In this document: piece after piece, positions 62,249 to 64,000 of the stretch
Layout of the letters: every line of letters begins with the position of its first letter
How positions within the stretch are numbered: position 1 is the stretch's first letter
DNA from: Desulfatiglandales bacterium
GTDB taxonomy: Bacteria; Desulfobacterota; DSM-4660; Desulfatiglandales; Desulfatiglandaceae
Assembly: GCA_963662465.1 (NCBI GenBank)
Contig: OY759599.1
Coordinates: forward strand, 2,816,001-2,880,000
DNA length: 64,000 nucleotides
Direction: 5' to 3'
Program-made: the position numbers and the translations under genes
The notes under the pieces: model-generated
Database searches by the model: none
What the model was told of the DNA's origin: nothing
Seen by the model: only the letters and a program-made list of their open reading frames with translations

Positions 62249-62644
62249 ATGGATAGAAAGCCACGATTTGTGATCGATTCAACGCTGAATGACCTGAAAC
62301 AGTATCTGCTGCAGGATGACAACACCTGCTTTGCCCTCATCTTTGGTTCGCATGCCAGGGGCCGGGCCAGACCCGACAGCGACCTGGATCTGGCGTTGTG
62401 TTTCCGTAATCCACCGCAGGGCCTTGCTTTGCTGGACATGATGAATACCCTGTCCAACATTGCTCAAAAGGAGGTTGATCTGGTGGTGCTGAATCGCGCT
62501 TCGGCGTTTTTGCGGCATCAAATCATCAAAGAGGGCATCCGTTTTTTAATCAAGGATTCGGTTGCATATCGTCGATTTCGAGAAAAAACCATGATCGATT
62601 TTGATATTTATCGATATGTCACGGGGTTATATCGATATGATTGA
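62249..62644 (+). CDS. MntA-type minimal nucleotidyltransferase antitoxin
   Basis: IFGSHARG...SDLDLA motif. Confidence 0.85.
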   Translation: MDRKPRFVIDSTLNDLKQYLLQDDNTCFALIFGSHARGRARPDSDLDLALCFRNPPQGLALLDMMNTLSNIAQKEVDLVVLNRASAFLRHQIIKEGIRFLIKDSVAYRRFREKTMIDFDIYRYVTGLYRYD

Positions 62645-63080
62645 TCCACACTTATTGTCACGAAAGCTCAAACGGATTGAGCAATTTCTACGTGAGATGG
62701 AAACCGCCGATGTTCCCCCAACATTCGATGAATTCTCCAACAACACGGTCGTTAAGCGATTTGTTGAACGAAACATCGAACTGTCCATTGAGCAAATGAT
62801 CGACATCGGTCGTCATCTGGTTAGCGGGCTGGATCTTCAGGAGCCGGAAACCTATGCGGCCTGTTTTGAAATCTTGGGCAATGCCGATATTATTCCCAAA
62901 ACCTCTGTTGAAACATTCAAGGCCATGGCCCGTTATCGAAACTTAATCATTCATGGTTATGACGGTGTGGAAGACAGCATCACCTTCGGCATCTTCAAAA
63001 AGCGTTTAGGGGATTTCCGAACCTTTATCGGGTTTATTCGCCGGTATCTAAAGCGGCAAAGCCGCAGTTCTGAATATTAA
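62637..63080 (+). CDS. HepT-type HEPN (DUF86) ribonuclease toxin
   Basis: RNLIIHGY (Rx4HxY); overlaps mntA stop. Confidence 0.87.
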   Translation: MIDPHLLSRKLKRIEQFLREMETADVPPTFDEFSNNTVVKRFVERNIELSIEQMIDIGRHLVSGLDLQEPETYAACFEILGNADIIPKTSVETFKAMARYRNLIIHGYDGVEDSITFGIFKKRLGDFRTFIGFIRRYLKRQSRSSEY

Positions 63081-63111
63081 CTTCTTCTGTGTAACCGAAA
63101 ACCGGATGAAT

Positions 63112-64000
63112 CTACCGGGTCAACTGCCGATATTTGATGCGGCGGGGAACCGCTGCGTCGGCGCCCAGTCGTTTTCGGCGATCCGCTTCATATTCCGTCC
63201 AGTTTCCCTGAAAAAAGACAACGCGACTGTCCCCCTCAAAAGCAAGAATATGGGTGGCGATACGGTCCAGAAACCACCTGTCATGACTAATGACCACCGC
63301 ACAACCGCCAAAATTAAGAAGGGCCTCTTCCAGGGCGCGCAAGGTATTCACGTCCAAGTCATTGGTGGGCTCATCCAGTAGCAGGACATTGGCTTCCTCC
63401 TTGAGCATCTTGGCCAGATGCACCCGGTTTCGCTGTCCTCCGGAAAGGACCCCCACCTTTCGCTGCTGTTCCGATCCCGAGAAGTTGAATCGCGCCACAT
63501 AGGCGCGGGAGTTAACCAGCTGAGTACCCAGTTGGAGCTGTTCGTTGCCCCCCGTAATTTCCTCCCAAATGGTTTTGTCGGCAGAAAGGGTACGACTCTG
63601 GTCCACATAGGCCATCCTGACCGTGTCCCCCAGGTGAATGGCGCCGCTATCAGGACTTTCACTGCCGATGATCATTTGAAACAGGGTGGTTTTTCCAGCG
63701 CCATTGGCGCCAATAATGCCTACAATTCCGCCGGGAGGCAGACTGAAGTTCATGTTTTCCATAAGCAACCGGCCATCGAACCCCTTGGTGACGTTTACGG
63801 CCTCAATGACCTGGTCCCCCAGACGGGGCCCCGGCGGAATAAAAAGCTCAAGGCTCTTTTCCTTTTCCCCCACCTCCTGGTTAAGCAGTTTGTCGTAGGC
63901 GCTGATGCGCGCCTGGCTCTTGGCGTGCCGCCCCTTGGGAGACATACGAATCCATTCCAGTTCGCGCTCCAAGGTTTTTTGTCTGGCCGTTTCAGTCTTT
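63112..64000 (-). CDS. ettA: Energy-dependent translational throttle ABC-F protein, 5' part outside window
   Basis: ELEWIRMSPKGRHAKS, IPPGPRLG, GANGAGKTT, LLLDEPTNDLD, RRIKYRQL. Confidence 0.92.
   Translation of the reverse strand, partial: KTETARQKTLERELEWIRMSPKGRHAKSQARISAYDKLLNQEVGEKEKSLELFIPPGPRLGDQVIEAVNVTKGFDGRLLMENMNFSLPPGGIVGIIGANGAGKTTLFQMIIGSESPDSGAIHLGDTVRMAYVDQSRTLSADKTIWEEITGGNEQLQLGTQLVNSRAYVARFNFSGSEQQRKVGVLSGGQRNRVHLAKMLKEEANVLLLDEPTNDLDVNTLRALEEALLNFGGCAVVISHDRWFLDRIATHILAFEGDSRVVFFQGNWTEYEADRRKRLGADAAVPRRIKYRQLTR

Overview
Bacterial chromosomal window, probably a Desulfobacterota (deltaproteobacterial) anaerobe; this is inferred from gene content only. 1-16.2 kb is core genome: a lipid-modification-like block (two FabF-type ketosynthases, two paralogous radical SAM proteins, acyl-CoA thioesterase), then ribD-nrdR-dCMP deaminase-glyA-rpiB-fabF-acpP-fabG-plsX-rpmF-yceD, an unknown gene and gltX. 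16.2-57.8 kb is a heavily nested accessory island ending at tRNA-Phe(GAA). It holds several IS elements with readable ends and target duplications, an extended IS21-like transposon with ParB-like, HTH and Zn-ribbon genes, two inverted copies of a RIT-type recombinase element, a group II intron inside an integrase gene, a solo integron cassette with attC, and secreted-protein cargo including a dockerin-bearing double protease next to a cohesin-like protein. Removing the insertions by hand leaves a tandem array of minus-strand cargo genes separated by related ~130-450 bp non-coding modules, next to a non-IntI tyrosine recombinase. This is the best candidate here for an undescribed cassette-like system. 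58-64 kb is core again: hrpA, an MntA/HepT toxin-antitoxin pair and partial ettA. All alignments were done by eye.
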